A stretch of 62,806 bases of DNA, filler included. It is 7 parts of 7 records of this genome, joined end to end, with 100 filler letters (N's around TTAATTAATTAA, not from the genome) between each part and the next. Parts side by side here need not be neighbours in the genome. Positions count along the whole stretch, not along the records: positions 1 to 14,924 come from SRR9188677_222; positions 15,025 to 19,322 come from SRR9188677_223; 5 more parts are not named here. One strand, written 5' to 3'. Of the stretch, positions 8,200 to 18,320 are shown piece after piece. Both the position numbers and the translations under genes were made by a program. The notes beneath the pieces were generated by a model that searched no databases, was not told the DNA's origin, and saw only the letters and a list, made by a program, of their open reading frames with translations. Within the stretch, counting starts at the first letter, position 1. Each line of letters opens with the position of its first letter.

Positions 8200-10233
8200 T
8201 TATTTTTTAACCGAAAATATTTTCTTTTCCACGCCAACCCCAGTGATAGTAAGGCTCTTCCACTGTTTGGGCAGGGTAGATTTTACCTGGGTAATGCCCT
8301 GCGGCGTGATCTCCAATCCGCCAAAACCCATTAACACGCTCTGTATCAATCCTCCCGCGCCGGTGGCAAAATAGGGGTTGGTACCACCCTTACCCTCGGC
8401 TATTACCCGGAAAGGCGGGTTCAGGTTGGGTATATATCCATCCTTGAAAAAATGCAGGGCTTTTTCTCCATCGCCCAAACGGGCATATAATAAAGAAAAA
8501 ATGGCCTGTGTCATAGAAGGGGTTCCCTCATTGGGCACCCGTGTTTCATAATATTCGAGGTCTTTGCGGATCTGTTTGGGATCGCTTACTTCTTTAAGCG
8601 GGTAAGACAACAGGTTTACATCTGCCTGTTTAATACCCTCGCCATTGTAAGTAGCATGTTCTCTGGTAACCCCGTTCTCCATTTTCAGGATGGGGATATT
8701 ATTGGCCACCTGCATCCAGTCGGGGTCTGCCGTAATGCCCAACAGTTTTGCCGCAGCCGTTGCATTTTGTAAAACGGCTTTCGCAGCTGCATTGGTCCAA
8801 GCGTTGTTATCTACATTCTCGGCCCACTCATCGGCAGCCACTACATTTTTGATCTCATATTTACCCGGTCCATTCCGCTCTACCCGGCTGCTCCAGAAAT
8901 CGGCTGTTTCTTTCAGAATGGGCCAGCCTTTTTCTTTCAGCCATTCTTTGTCCTGTGTAACACAATAATAGTTCCAGGCGGCAATACCCACGCAGGCGGT
9001 GATATGGTGTTCGAAGGGACCACTCAATGCCCATACCGGTGTTTCTTCTACACCCGTTGCCGCACTCTCCCAGGGAAACATGGCGCCTTTGTATCCGTGA
9101 TTAAATGCATTTCTTTTGGCTGCCGCCAGACGGTTAAATCGGTATTCTACCAGGCTTTTCGCCATTTCGGGATGCAGTACCAGGATGGAGGGATACATCC
9201 ATAATTCGGTATCCCAGAACACATGGCCATTATACCCAAGGCCACTTAGGCCCATGGGCGATGGACTCATATCCGTTCCTTCGCGAACAAATGAATAGAG
9301 ATGGTAGAGCATACTGTGAATATCCTGCTGCGACTGGTCATCGCCCTCTACGGTAATATCGCTCTCCCATAATTTGTCCCAGGCTTTGTTGTGGAAGTTG
9401 ATCAGTCTTTCCCTGCCTTCCAGTTTGGCAAAAATGGTCATACGTTCCGCTTCGTTCAAAGGATCATCGTGGTGTGCGGATGTGATAGAAGATCCCGCAA
9501 TAGAATACCGGTACGATTCACCTGCTTTGATCTTGCGGGTAAATTTCATCAGGTGCATATTGTTGTCCCACATTTCATGGATCACACGGGGTTCCTGTCC
9601 GTACGGTTCACTGAAGAGAAAGGTATTAGACGCGCTCATCAGTAATTTACCGGTAGGACTTTTGGCGGAAGAAGTCAGCAAGCTGATCACCACATGTGGC
9701 CGGTCTATCTCGTTATAATAATTCTGTACATCTTTTAATGCATCCGGTGCTTCCATTACACTGCCGCTATTGATGGTTATATCTTTTTTGGCGGTGATGT
9801 TTACATCCATCAATACGGTGAAAGGAAGTTGCCGTAAAGAGTAGTAGGTATAGGAAACGGTTGCTTTATCACCATAGTCGAAAGAAGTGGTAAAACTGGC
9901 GTGTTTCATATCCAGTTCCTGTTTCATGTGCGAAACATCGGCGCTGCCAATCCTTCTGCCATCAATATCGAGCTGCATATTCAGCAGGTTAAAACTGCGG
10001 AGAAAATTGCTGACTCTTCCACGACCGTAGAGATCGTATGCACCGGCCAATACCACATCTTTGATCTTAAAAGGCTCGGGCGAAGAAACGATACCGATCA
10101 TTCCGTTAGCCACGGTGATGCCGTAGTAAGCCGCAGGATTGATCTGATCTGCGCTGATTTTCCAGGCATCTATTTTCTGTGCAGCAGCAGACAGGCTGAT
10201 GACGGTAACTAAGAGGAATAGCAGCTTTTTCAT
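8200..10233 (-). CDS. Glycoside hydrolase family 65 (secreted; alpha-1,2-glucosidase/PGGHG-like hydrolase type)
   Basis: YNGHVFWDTE, AADE (catalytic acid region) and KQADV motifs; signal peptide. Confidence 0.9.
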   Translation of the reverse strand: MKKLLFLLVTVISLSAAAQKIDAWKISADQINPAAYYGITVANGMIGIVSSPEPFKIKDVVLAGAYDLYGRGRVSNFLRSFNLLNMQLDIDGRRIGSADVSHMKQELDMKHASFTTSFDYGDKATVSYTYYSLRQLPFTVLMDVNITAKKDITINSGSVMEAPDALKDVQNYYNEIDRPHVVISLLTSSAKSPTGKLLMSASNTFLFSEPYGQEPRVIHEMWDNNMHLMKFTRKIKAGESYRYSIAGSSITSAHHDDPLNEAERMTIFAKLEGRERLINFHNKAWDKLWESDITVEGDDQSQQDIHSMLYHLYSFVREGTDMSPSPMGLSGLGYNGHVFWDTELWMYPSILVLHPEMAKSLVEYRFNRLAAAKRNAFNHGYKGAMFPWESAATGVEETPVWALSGPFEHHITACVGIAAWNYYCVTQDKEWLKEKGWPILKETADFWSSRVERNGPGKYEIKNVVAADEWAENVDNNAWTNAAAKAVLQNATAAAKLLGITADPDWMQVANNIPILKMENGVTREHATYNGEGIKQADVNLLSYPLKEVSDPKQIRKDLEYYETRVPNEGTPSMTQAIFSLLYARLGDGEKALHFFKDGYIPNLNPPFRVIAEGKGGTNPYFATGAGGLIQSVLMGFGGLEITPQGITQVKSTLPKQWKSLTITGVGVEKKIFSVKK

Positions 10234-10320
10234 ATCGAAGGATTTGTGGTAAAAATAAGGTTTATCGAAAAGTGTAACCCGGGTTCTGTATGAGTGGTTA
10301 ATGAAGTATGCTGAAATCTT

Positions 10321-13300
10321 TTATTGCTTTTTGCGAAACAGGTATAACTTGTCGTTGTTCATGCCTACCAGCACATAACTTCCCCCATTGGCCGCATTCA
10401 CCACAGCCGTTGCCCTGGCTTCGCCATTGATGAAGAGACCGCTTTGTTTGGGTTTTACGTACGTAAATTGATGTTGTCCATTATTCAGCAACGTGGTTCC
10501 GTAACTGGCATCAAAACGGCCTGTCTGTGGTTTGAGACCATAGAAATTACCTGCCAGAAAAAGATCTTTTTTACCATCACCATTCAGATCAGTAACGGTA
10601 ATACCAAACACAGGCGATAACTGCGCCATCACCGGTAATGCCTGCAGGATAAATGCTCCTGTGCCGGTATTCAGGAAAACCGCAGACTGTGATTGTTCTG
10701 CCGTTAGTACCGTAGCATGTGTTAGCTGCTCTTCACTCAGGATCTCTTCTATCGTTTTGCCCGCATAGGCTTCGTAACGGAGAAATTTCTTTTTCAATAC
10801 CGGCAACTGCGATTCCAGTTCATCTTTCAGGTAATAGGGATAGGCTTTGCCATCAGGCTTGTAGTAAACAGGAATACATTCTGTTTGCCCATTCTTGTCA
10901 AAATCATCTACGTATAATTTAGCGGGATGTTGTGGATCGGCTTTGATATTGCTGTTCATGCCCATATTACCCGCCGCCAGATCCTGCGTACCATTGCCAT
11001 CGATATCTGCCACTGTGATACAGTTCCACCAGCCGGAAGAATTAGGAATGGTTGTTTTCTTTTTGAGTTGTTTATTCTCGTAGGCATAGATGGTGATTGG
11101 CATCCACTCGCCAGCCAGTACCAATTCTTTTTTCCCCTTACCACTCACATCTGCCCAGGCTGCATCGGTTACCATACCTGCTTTCTGCAGTTCCGGTGCC
11201 ATGGTGGCCGTAACATCCGTAAAAATTCCTTCACCTTCATTATGCAGCAACACACTCGCCGGCGATACACCATAACTACCCGGTATACTTCTCGCACCTA
11301 TGAACAGATCGGGTTTTCCATCTGCATCAAAATCGCCCGCGGTTACACAAGATGCATTCACCGAAACAGCCGGCCATCCTTTGGCAGAAGAACTGAATTC
11401 GCCCTTGCCGTTATTGAGATACAAACGGGTGTAGAGATACGGAGATCCCACCTTGGCTTCGTTTCCGCCGGATGCGGCTACCAGGTCCTGGTCGCCATCG
11501 CCATCTGCATCAAAAAAAACGGCTGCCGTTGTTTCATAATAACTATCAGCCGTGAATATTTTCTGTGCACGGTTTTCAAACTTGCCGTCTTTGCGCTGGA
11601 TAAACAGTTTATCTGCATCGCCCGCGGCTGCGCCTACAAAAAAATCTTCCAGTCCATCGCCGTTCACATCTGCCACCGCTATACCTGGTCCTTCTGTTGA
11701 CAATAATTTAGGAATCAGTCTCTCCACATCAAAATCCACATAATCGTTCTCCTTATGCAAAGTGTTGCCCAACAGGTTGGTAGCTGAAATATTTTCGTAA
11801 AGTGGAGGTTGTATTTTGGGTGATGGTATTGGCTGCAGGGCTTTTGGCTGATCGAGTACAAGCAGGGTATCTATTCCCGGATTTTTGATTACTTGTATTT
11901 TCCGATTGGGCCAGCTAACCAGCAGGCTATCGATTTTAGTAAACTTACCCAGGCCAAATAACAATACCGGTTCTACACTGCTTTGAAAACCACGGGTAGG
12001 TTGCTGCTCCAGCACCTGTTCCTGCCCACCAGCAAAAACCGTTACACGGGTACCATAGCCCATTGTATTGGGTGCCGTACCGTTTAATTTGATTTTGAGG
12101 TAATGATTTTTTTGTTGATCTCTACTGTGGTTGCGGTAAACAGTTGCTTCATCATTGTGGTTATTGATCACGAGGTCCAGATCGCCATCTCCATCCAGAT
12201 CGGCATAAGCGGCGCCGCTGCTGAAAGTTGGTTTCGTAAAACCCAACTGAGACGATGCATCTTTGAACTGCAGGTTCTGCTGGTTCAAAAAAGCGAAATT
12301 GGGAATGGGAACCGAAGGCATCCTGTTCAGCAGATCCAGAAAATCAAATCCACCCTGGCGTATGCGGTTCAGGTTTTCCTGGCTGTTAAAATAAGCGAGA
12401 AAATCCTGGTTGGTCAGGTCTCTGCGGATGCCATTACAAACAAAAATATCTTTCCATCCATCATTGTCGAAATCAAAACTGAGGGTTCCCCAGCTCCATC
12501 CGGTTGCATCCACACCAGCCAATTGTGCAATTTCGCTGAAAGTGCCATCCTGGTTATTCAGTTGCAGTGTGTTGGCAGTGAACTGGTGATGCAGGTCCAG
12601 TTTATTCCTTGCATTCTGCACATCATAGCCATCAAATTTGATGGTGGTCTTTAAGCGGAAATCATTTTCAGGCAACATTTCTGCGGTAAACAGATCCAGG
12701 TAACCATCGTTATTGATATCAGCCATATCCGTACCCATGGCACCATTACTCATATGCCCCATGGCTTTGGTACTCTCTTCTTTAAAAGAGCCGTTACGCT
12801 GGTTGATATAGAGATAATCATGTTCAAAAAAATCATTGGCTACATACAGGTCTTCCCAGCCATCATTGTTCAGATCGCCTACGGTAACACCCAGTCCGAA
12901 TGCAATCTCTGAACCATAGATCCCGGCCTGCTCACTCACTTCGGTAAATTTACCGCCCTCATTTCTGTACAGATGATCTCCATCTACCGGGTCACGGATA
13001 TAACGGATATCACTTTTATATCCAAAGTTGTCGATAGATTTGGGGCTGTTATTCAGCACAAAACAATCCAGATCGCCATCATGATCATAATCAAAAAAGA
13101 TGGCCTGGGTAGAAGCGCCTTTATCATCCAGTCCGTAAGCCTTTGCCTCTTCTGTAAAGGTTCCGTTTTTTTGGTTGATGTATAATTCATTGGCGCGGTC
13201 ATCTCCCGGCAGGATCCCGGCATTACAAACATAGATATCCAGCCAGCCATCTGCATTGATATCTACCATGGATACACCGGTATGCCATTTGTGCTGACTG

Positions 13301-13653
13301 GTAATGTTAGCCTTGGCCGTAATATCTTCGAAAGAAAAATTGCCTTTATTCAGGTATAAAGTATTGGCGCCCTGGTTGGAGGTGAAAAAAACATCGGGTC
13401 TTCCGTCGTTATTGATATCACCCATAGCCACCCCGCCCCCATTGTAAAAATTATGGTAGTTCAGGATATTCATTTCTTTGGTATCGGTTACCTTATTGGC
13501 AAACGAGATCCCGGTTTGTGAGGCGGGCAGTAATTCAAAAAGGCTGTTTTTGGCCGATGCCTGCTCTGACCGGGAGCAGGAAGCCAGCATACAAAGGCAA
13601 AACCCGGCACAGATAAATACAACAAGGGAACGATGGAACATAGGTTTCTGCAT
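10321..13653 (-). CDS. FG-GAP/VCBS-repeat, ASPIC/UnbV (CRTAC1-like) lipoprotein
   Basis: Many DxNxDGxxD repeats; ASPIC-like RGFQSS..LLFGLG segment; lipobox LASC; start 13653 or 13641. Confidence 0.9.
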   Translation of the reverse strand: MQKPMFHRSLVVFICAGFCLCMLASCSRSEQASAKNSLFELLPASQTGISFANKVTDTKEMNILNYHNFYNGGGVAMGDINNDGRPDVFFTSNQGANTLYLNKGNFSFEDITAKANITSQHKWHTGVSMVDINADGWLDIYVCNAGILPGDDRANELYINQKNGTFTEEAKAYGLDDKGASTQAIFFDYDHDGDLDCFVLNNSPKSIDNFGYKSDIRYIRDPVDGDHLYRNEGGKFTEVSEQAGIYGSEIAFGLGVTVGDLNNDGWEDLYVANDFFEHDYLYINQRNGSFKEESTKAMGHMSNGAMGTDMADINNDGYLDLFTAEMLPENDFRLKTTIKFDGYDVQNARNKLDLHHQFTANTLQLNNQDGTFSEIAQLAGVDATGWSWGTLSFDFDNDGWKDIFVCNGIRRDLTNQDFLAYFNSQENLNRIRQGGFDFLDLLNRMPSVPIPNFAFLNQQNLQFKDASSQLGFTKPTFSSGAAYADLDGDGDLDLVINNHNDEATVYRNHSRDQQKNHYLKIKLNGTAPNTMGYGTRVTVFAGGQEQVLEQQPTRGFQSSVEPVLLFGLGKFTKIDSLLVSWPNRKIQVIKNPGIDTLLVLDQPKALQPIPSPKIQPPLYENISATNLLGNTLHKENDYVDFDVERLIPKLLSTEGPGIAVADVNGDGLEDFFVGAAAGDADKLFIQRKDGKFENRAQKIFTADSYYETTAAVFFDADGDGDQDLVAASGGNEAKVGSPYLYTRLYLNNGKGEFSSSAKGWPAVSVNASCVTAGDFDADGKPDLFIGARSIPGSYGVSPASVLLHNEGEGIFTDVTATMAPELQKAGMVTDAAWADVSGKGKKELVLAGEWMPITIYAYENKQLKKKTTIPNSSGWWNCITVADIDGNGTQDLAAGNMGMNSNIKADPQHPAKLYVDDFDKNGQTECIPVYYKPDGKAYPYYLKDELESQLPVLKKKFLRYEAYAGKTIEEILSEEQLTHATVLTAEQSQSAVFLNTGTGAFILQALPVMAQLSPVFGITVTDLNGDGKKDLFLAGNFYGLKPQTGRFDASYGTTLLNNGQHQFTYVKPKQSGLFINGEARATAVVNAANGGSYVLVGMNNDKLYLFRKKQ

Positions 13654-13832
13654 CAATGACAATAGACTAAAATAACACAGCAAATTACCCCTTTTATGAT
13701 CGCAGTCAAAAAGAGAATATGACCGGCGGTATTGTCGATTTTAGCAAATCGTTAATAGGAGGAAACCTTATCAATCGGCGGTTTCTGGCGCAGATTCCCT
13801 TATTTTGCAGTGCTTTAAATTAGCTGCTGTAT

Positions 13833-14774
13833 ATGAAGAAACTGTTGCTTATTCTATTAGTCGTTCTGGCCCTTTTTACTTCATCCCTTTACCTGTTGAT
13901 TCCCGGCAAAATCAGTATCGAGCGTTCCGTAGCTGTTAAAACAACAGATGTGGGTACCGAGCGGTTTCTGATAGACGAGACCAAATGGCCGCTCTGGTGG
14001 AATAGCGGTACAAACGGGGACCAGCAGACCGGTCCTGTATTTACCCACAATGGTTATTCTTTTCAGCAAACAGGCAAGTTTTACAAATCAGTGGATATTG
14101 CTATCAGCAAAGGTGAACGAAGCCTGCTTTCCAAATTGCTGATCATTTCCCTGGCAGTAGATTCTACCAGCCTGCAATGGAAAGCCGAGTTAATCACCAG
14201 CCGCAATCCCATTACCCGTATAGCAGATTATCTGGAAGCCAAACAGATCAAAAGAGATATGGATGAGATATTGGGTCGTCTTACAAATTTTCTGTCTGAT
14301 ACCTATAATATCTATGGCATTCAAATTGAGCGAAACCGTTTACGGGATACCTTGTATGTGAGCTCCAAACAGATGCTGCCCAAGAACCCTACGGTAAAAG
14401 AAATCTATCAACTGATTGATAAGATCAAAGGTTATATCAAACAGAATGGGATTGAACCCAGTGGAAGTCCGATCTACAATGCCACCCGCATGGACGAAAA
14501 CCGCTACCAGTTAATGGCGGCAGTGCCCGTAAACAAACATCTCCCCGAAACCGCCGGTTTCTCCATGAAATATATGGTGAAAGGTAGTTTTATGATTACC
14601 GAAGTGGCGGGCGGAGACAGTACTATCAACAAGGCCTCGAAAAATATGCAGCAATACTTCCAGGATTACCGGAAAACATCCATGGCCATGAACTTTACTA
14701 TGCTCGTTACCGACCGCATCCTGCAACCCGATAGCAGCAAGTGGGTTACGAAGTTGTGTATGCCGGTGTACTAG
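13833..14774 (+). CDS. Membrane-anchored protein, SRPBCC-like plus GyrI-like effector-binding domain
   Basis: N-terminal TM; IERSV..WPLWW start; C-terminal DSSKWVTKLCMPV typical of GyrI-like domains. Confidence 0.6.
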   Translation: MKKLLLILLVVLALFTSSLYLLIPGKISIERSVAVKTTDVGTERFLIDETKWPLWWNSGTNGDQQTGPVFTHNGYSFQQTGKFYKSVDIAISKGERSLLSKLLIISLAVDSTSLQWKAELITSRNPITRIADYLEAKQIKRDMDEILGRLTNFLSDTYNIYGIQIERNRLRDTLYVSSKQMLPKNPTVKEIYQLIDKIKGYIKQNGIEPSGSPIYNATRMDENRYQLMAAVPVNKHLPETAGFSMKYMVKGSFMITEVAGGDSTINKASKNMQQYFQDYRKTSMAMNFTMLVTDRILQPDSSKWVTKLCMPVY

Positions 14775-14776
14775 GG

Positions 14777-14924
14777 GTGAGTCGTGAATCGTCAGTCGTG
14801 AGTGGTGAGTAGTGAGTTTTGATTGGTGGGTATTATACTATTGCTGTTTCAAAATCGATAACTTGCTTAACACAGATTATTTTTACTTTTGACTTCTCAC
14901 GACTGACGACTGACGACTGACGAC
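14777..14924. repeat. Inverted pair of 7-bp tandem arrays (GTSAGTC-like x6 and GACTGAC x3+), running into the contig end
   Basis: gtgagtc-gtgaatc-gtcagtc-gtgagtg-gtgagta-gtgagtt at 14777-14818; gactgac x3 at 14901-14921 is the reverse complement of gtcagtc. Confidence 0.8.
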
Positions 14925-15024
14925 NNNNNNNNNNNNNNNNNNNNNNNNNNNNNNNNNNNNNNNNNNNNTTAATTAATTAANNNNNNNNNNNNNNNNNNNN
15001 NNNNNNNNNNNNNNNNNNNNNNNN
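14925..15024. other. Artificial contig spacer
   Basis: 44 N + TTAATTAATTAA (stops in all six frames) + 44 N; abrupt GC change across it. Confidence 0.99.
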
Positions 15025-15114
15025 ATCGGCCGTCAGGCCGAGACGGGTGAGGGGGCGGCCACCGATCGATCTCACGGGCCCTCCCGCTTCACTGCACGAT
15101 CAACCACCAAAGTA

Positions 15115-15148
15115 TTGACATGGTATCTGCCAACCTATTTAACAGGTT
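15115..15148 (+). promoter_or_regulatory. Putative sigma70 promoter with overlapping inverted repeat (candidate GntR/FadR operator)
   Basis: TTGACA at 15115-15120; AACCT-N7-AGGTT at 15132-15148 over the -10 region. Confidence 0.5.
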
Positions 15149-15227
15149 TGGCGAGTCCGGTTAGATCACTGGCGCATGACGCGCCATCGCCGTTGACCGC
15201 CGACAACGCATTCCGGGGAGGATCCGC

Positions 15228-16496
15228 ATGTCATCACTGTCGAAATTCCGTCTTGCCGTGAGCACATCGGCAGCTGTGCTGCTGCTGGCGTCTGCCGCCT
15301 ATGCGCAGGAGGTGGTCAACTGGGTGCATATCGAGCAGAACCCGGACACCGTCCGCGTGTTCGAGGAGATCGCCGCCGGCTACGAGGCGCTGCACCCGGA
15401 CGTCGATATCAGGATGCAGTATCTCGAGAACGAGGCCTACAAGGCGCGCCTGCCGACGATGCTGCAGTCGAACGACGCACCCGACATCTTCTACAGCTGG
15501 GGCGGCGGTGTGCTGGCCGAGCAGGTGAAAGGCGGCGTGCTGCGCGACATCAGTGCTTCGGTCGACGACGCGTGGAAGACCTCGATCGCGCCGTCCGCAT
15601 TCGGTGCCTTCACCGTTGACGGCAAGGTCTACGGTGTGCCGGTGCGCACCTCGCTGGTCGGCTTCTTCTACAACAAGAAACTGTTTGCCGATGCGGGTAT
15701 CGACGAGACGACGCTGGGCACCTGGTCGGGCCTGCTCGCCGCGGTCGACAAGCTCGAGGCCGCCGGCATCACACCGATGGCGCTGGGTGGCCAGGAGGGC
15801 TGGCCGCAGCACTTCTATTTCTCCTATCTCGCCATCCGCACTGCCGGCCACGAAAAGCTGAACGCCGCGTTGGCCGGCGAGGGCGAGGGGTTCCGCGATC
15901 CCGCCTTCGTCCAGGCCTTCCAGCTGCTGGCCGATCTGTCCGCCAAGAACCCCTGGCAGGAAGGCTGGCAGGCCGCCACCACCGGCGATTCCTATGCCAG
16001 GTTCGGCAATGGCGAAGCCGCCATGCTGCTGCAGGGCGACTGGGCCAAGGGGCTGACCGCGGCCGAGAGTGCTTCGGGCCAGGGGCTTGGCGACGATCTG
16101 GGCTGGTTCGCCTTCCCGCAGGTTGAAGCCGGCATCGCCGACAGCAAGGAAACCTTCGGCGGCGTCAACGGCTGGATCTTCTTCAAGGATGCGTCGGACG
16201 CCGCGGTCAATTTCGTGCGCTACTACTCGAGCCGGGAGAACCTGATCAAACTGGCCAATGAGGGCCACCAGATCGCTCCGATGCCCGGCATGGCTGCCGA
16301 GTTGCAGGATCCCTGGCAGAAGATGGTGGCTCAAACCATCGAAGGCTCGGCGTTCCACCAGAACTTCTACAACGTGATGTTTTCCGAGGAAGTGAACCGC
16401 GAGCTGCTCGATATCGTCACCAGCGTGGTGACCGGCGATCGGACGGCCGAACAGGCCGCCGACGCCCTGCAGACCGCCTGGGAATTCAGCCACTAA
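15228..16496 (+). CDS. Carbohydrate ABC transporter substrate-binding protein (CUT1)
   Basis: Signal peptide AYA; APDIFYSWGG, DGKVYGVP, FYNKKLF motifs; GGAGG RBS. Confidence 0.92.
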   Translation: MSSLSKFRLAVSTSAAVLLLASAAYAQEVVNWVHIEQNPDTVRVFEEIAAGYEALHPDVDIRMQYLENEAYKARLPTMLQSNDAPDIFYSWGGGVLAEQVKGGVLRDISASVDDAWKTSIAPSAFGAFTVDGKVYGVPVRTSLVGFFYNKKLFADAGIDETTLGTWSGLLAAVDKLEAAGITPMALGGQEGWPQHFYFSYLAIRTAGHEKLNAALAGEGEGFRDPAFVQAFQLLADLSAKNPWQEGWQAATTGDSYARFGNGEAAMLLQGDWAKGLTAAESASGQGLGDDLGWFAFPQVEAGIADSKETFGGVNGWIFFKDASDAAVNFVRYYSSRENLIKLANEGHQIAPMPGMAAELQDPWQKMVAQTIEGSAFHQNFYNVMFSEEVNRELLDIVTSVVTGDRTAEQAADALQTAWEFSH

Positions 16497-16562
16497 CGAC
16501 AAGGGGATGCCGCATCGCCTCTCGGGGCGATGGGACGTTCGCCGCCGAACACGGAGCACGGC

Positions 16563-17486
16563 ATGGCCACGGCAATCGCGCAGAAGATCGGCGCCCTCTA
16601 CGCGCGGGCAAACAAGCCGCTACGCCTCAGTCCAGGTCTCACCACCGCGGTGATCTTCCTCTTGCCGGCGCTGCTGCTGTTCACCACCCTGGTGATCCTG
16701 CCGATGGCAGAAGCCGCGAGCTTCAGCTTCTATGAATGGGGCGGCTACGGCGATGTCGGGCAGTTCGTCGGGCTCAAGAACTACCAGCGGATGTTCTCGC
16801 ATCCGGTGTTCTCCGGTGCGCTGTTCAACAATTTCCTGATCATCGTCGTTTCGATCTGCGTCTCGCTGCCGCTGGCCTTCCTCCTGGCGGTGCTGGTGGC
16901 CGACAAGTTCAAGGGCGTGTCGTTCTTCCGCGCCATCTTCTTCATTCCCTACATCCTTGCCGATGTCGCCGCAGGCCTGATCTGGCGCTTTCTCTATGAC
17001 GGCCAATACGGCATCGTGCAGTTCGTCGCTGGGCTGTTCGGCCTTACCGCGCCGTACCTGCTCGCCGATCGCGACCTCGCCATGTACGCGGTGCTGCTGG
17101 TGGTGGTGTGGAAGTACTTCGGCCTCCACATGATCATCTATATCGCCGGCCTGCAGTCGATCCCGCGCGAGGTGCTGGAGGCCGCCCGCATCGACGGCGC
17201 CTCCTGGTGGGATACACTCATCCGCGTGATCGTGCCGATGATGGGCCCGACCATCCGGCTGACGGTGTTCTTCTCGATCATCGGTTCTTTGCAGTTCTTC
17301 GACCTGATCATGCCGCTGACCGGCGGCGGTCCGCAGAACTCGACCCAGACGCTGGTGAGCTACCTCTACAATTTCGGCATCGTCCGGCTGAACATCGGCT
17401 TCGGCAGCGCGGTGGGGGTGTTCCTGTTCCTCGTCTGCGTGCTGTTCGCCTTCTCCTACCGCCGCCTGCTCATGGCCAAGGACTGA
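16563..17486 (+). CDS. Carbohydrate ABC transporter permease (MalF/UgpA-like)
   Basis: EAARIDGA loop; multiple TM helices; GGAG RBS before ATG 16563. Confidence 0.92.
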   Translation: MATAIAQKIGALYARANKPLRLSPGLTTAVIFLLPALLLFTTLVILPMAEAASFSFYEWGGYGDVGQFVGLKNYQRMFSHPVFSGALFNNFLIIVVSICVSLPLAFLLAVLVADKFKGVSFFRAIFFIPYILADVAAGLIWRFLYDGQYGIVQFVAGLFGLTAPYLLADRDLAMYAVLLVVVWKYFGLHMIIYIAGLQSIPREVLEAARIDGASWWDTLIRVIVPMMGPTIRLTVFFSIIGSLQFFDLIMPLTGGGPQNSTQTLVSYLYNFGIVRLNIGFGSAVGVFLFLVCVLFAFSYRRLLMAKD

Positions 17487-17490
17487 CCTC

Positions 17491-18315
17491 ATGCGCGTGC
17501 CAGCCTTCACCATTATTCGCTACGCGGTGCTGATCCTCGCAGCCCTGCTGGTGGCAACGCCATTCGTCACCACGCTGCTCGGCGGCTTCAAGTCGCTGGG
17601 CGAGCTGCGGGTCAACCCCCTCGGGCTGCCGCAGAGCTGGGAGCTCGGCAACTATGCCTCGATCCTCGGCGGTCCGCGGCTGTGGCAATATCTCACCAAC
17701 TCGCTGACGATTGCAGGGCTCACCGTGGCGTTGACCCTGGTGGTCAGCTCGATGGCCGCCTTCGCCTTCGCCCAGATCAGGTTCTTCGGCAGCGGCTGGC
17801 TGCTCAACTACCTGCTGCTCGGTCTGCTGTTTCCAGTGGCCACCGGCATCCTGCCGCTGTTCATCAAGCTGCGCGATCTGGGGCTGCTCGATACCTACTG
17901 GGGCGTGGTGCTGCCGCAGGTGGCGTTCGGGCTCGGCTTCGCCATCCTGCTGATGCGACAGGCCTTCCTCGCCCTGCCGGGGGAGCTGTGGGAATCGGCG
18001 CAGGTCGATGGCTGCTCGTATCTCAGGTTCTTCCTGCAGGTGACCCTGCCGCTGTCGCTGCCGATCCTCTCGACCGTCGGCGTCATCACGCTGATCAACA
18101 GCTGGAACAACTACCTGTTGCCGCTGGTGGTGATCAACTCGGATGCCAACTACCCCTGGCCGCTCGGCATCATGCAGTACCGCGGCGAGTACGGCACCGA
18201 ATGGAGCCTGATTCTCGCCTTCGTCACGCTGACCATCGTGCCGGCCGTGCTGCTCTATGTGTTTGCGCAGAAGTACATCATCGCGGGGCTGACCGGCGGC
18301 GCGGTAAAGGGCTGA
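17491..18315 (+). CDS. Carbohydrate ABC transporter permease (MalG-like)
   Basis: ESAQVDGC loop; C-terminal GLTGGAVKG. Confidence 0.92.
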   Translation: MRVPAFTIIRYAVLILAALLVATPFVTTLLGGFKSLGELRVNPLGLPQSWELGNYASILGGPRLWQYLTNSLTIAGLTVALTLVVSSMAAFAFAQIRFFGSGWLLNYLLLGLLFPVATGILPLFIKLRDLGLLDTYWGVVLPQVAFGLGFAILLMRQAFLALPGELWESAQVDGCSYLRFFLQVTLPLSLPILSTVGVITLINSWNNYLLPLVVINSDANYPWPLGIMQYRGEYGTEWSLILAFVTLTIVPAVLLYVFAQKYIIAGLTGGAVKG

Positions 18316-18320
18316 ATCGG

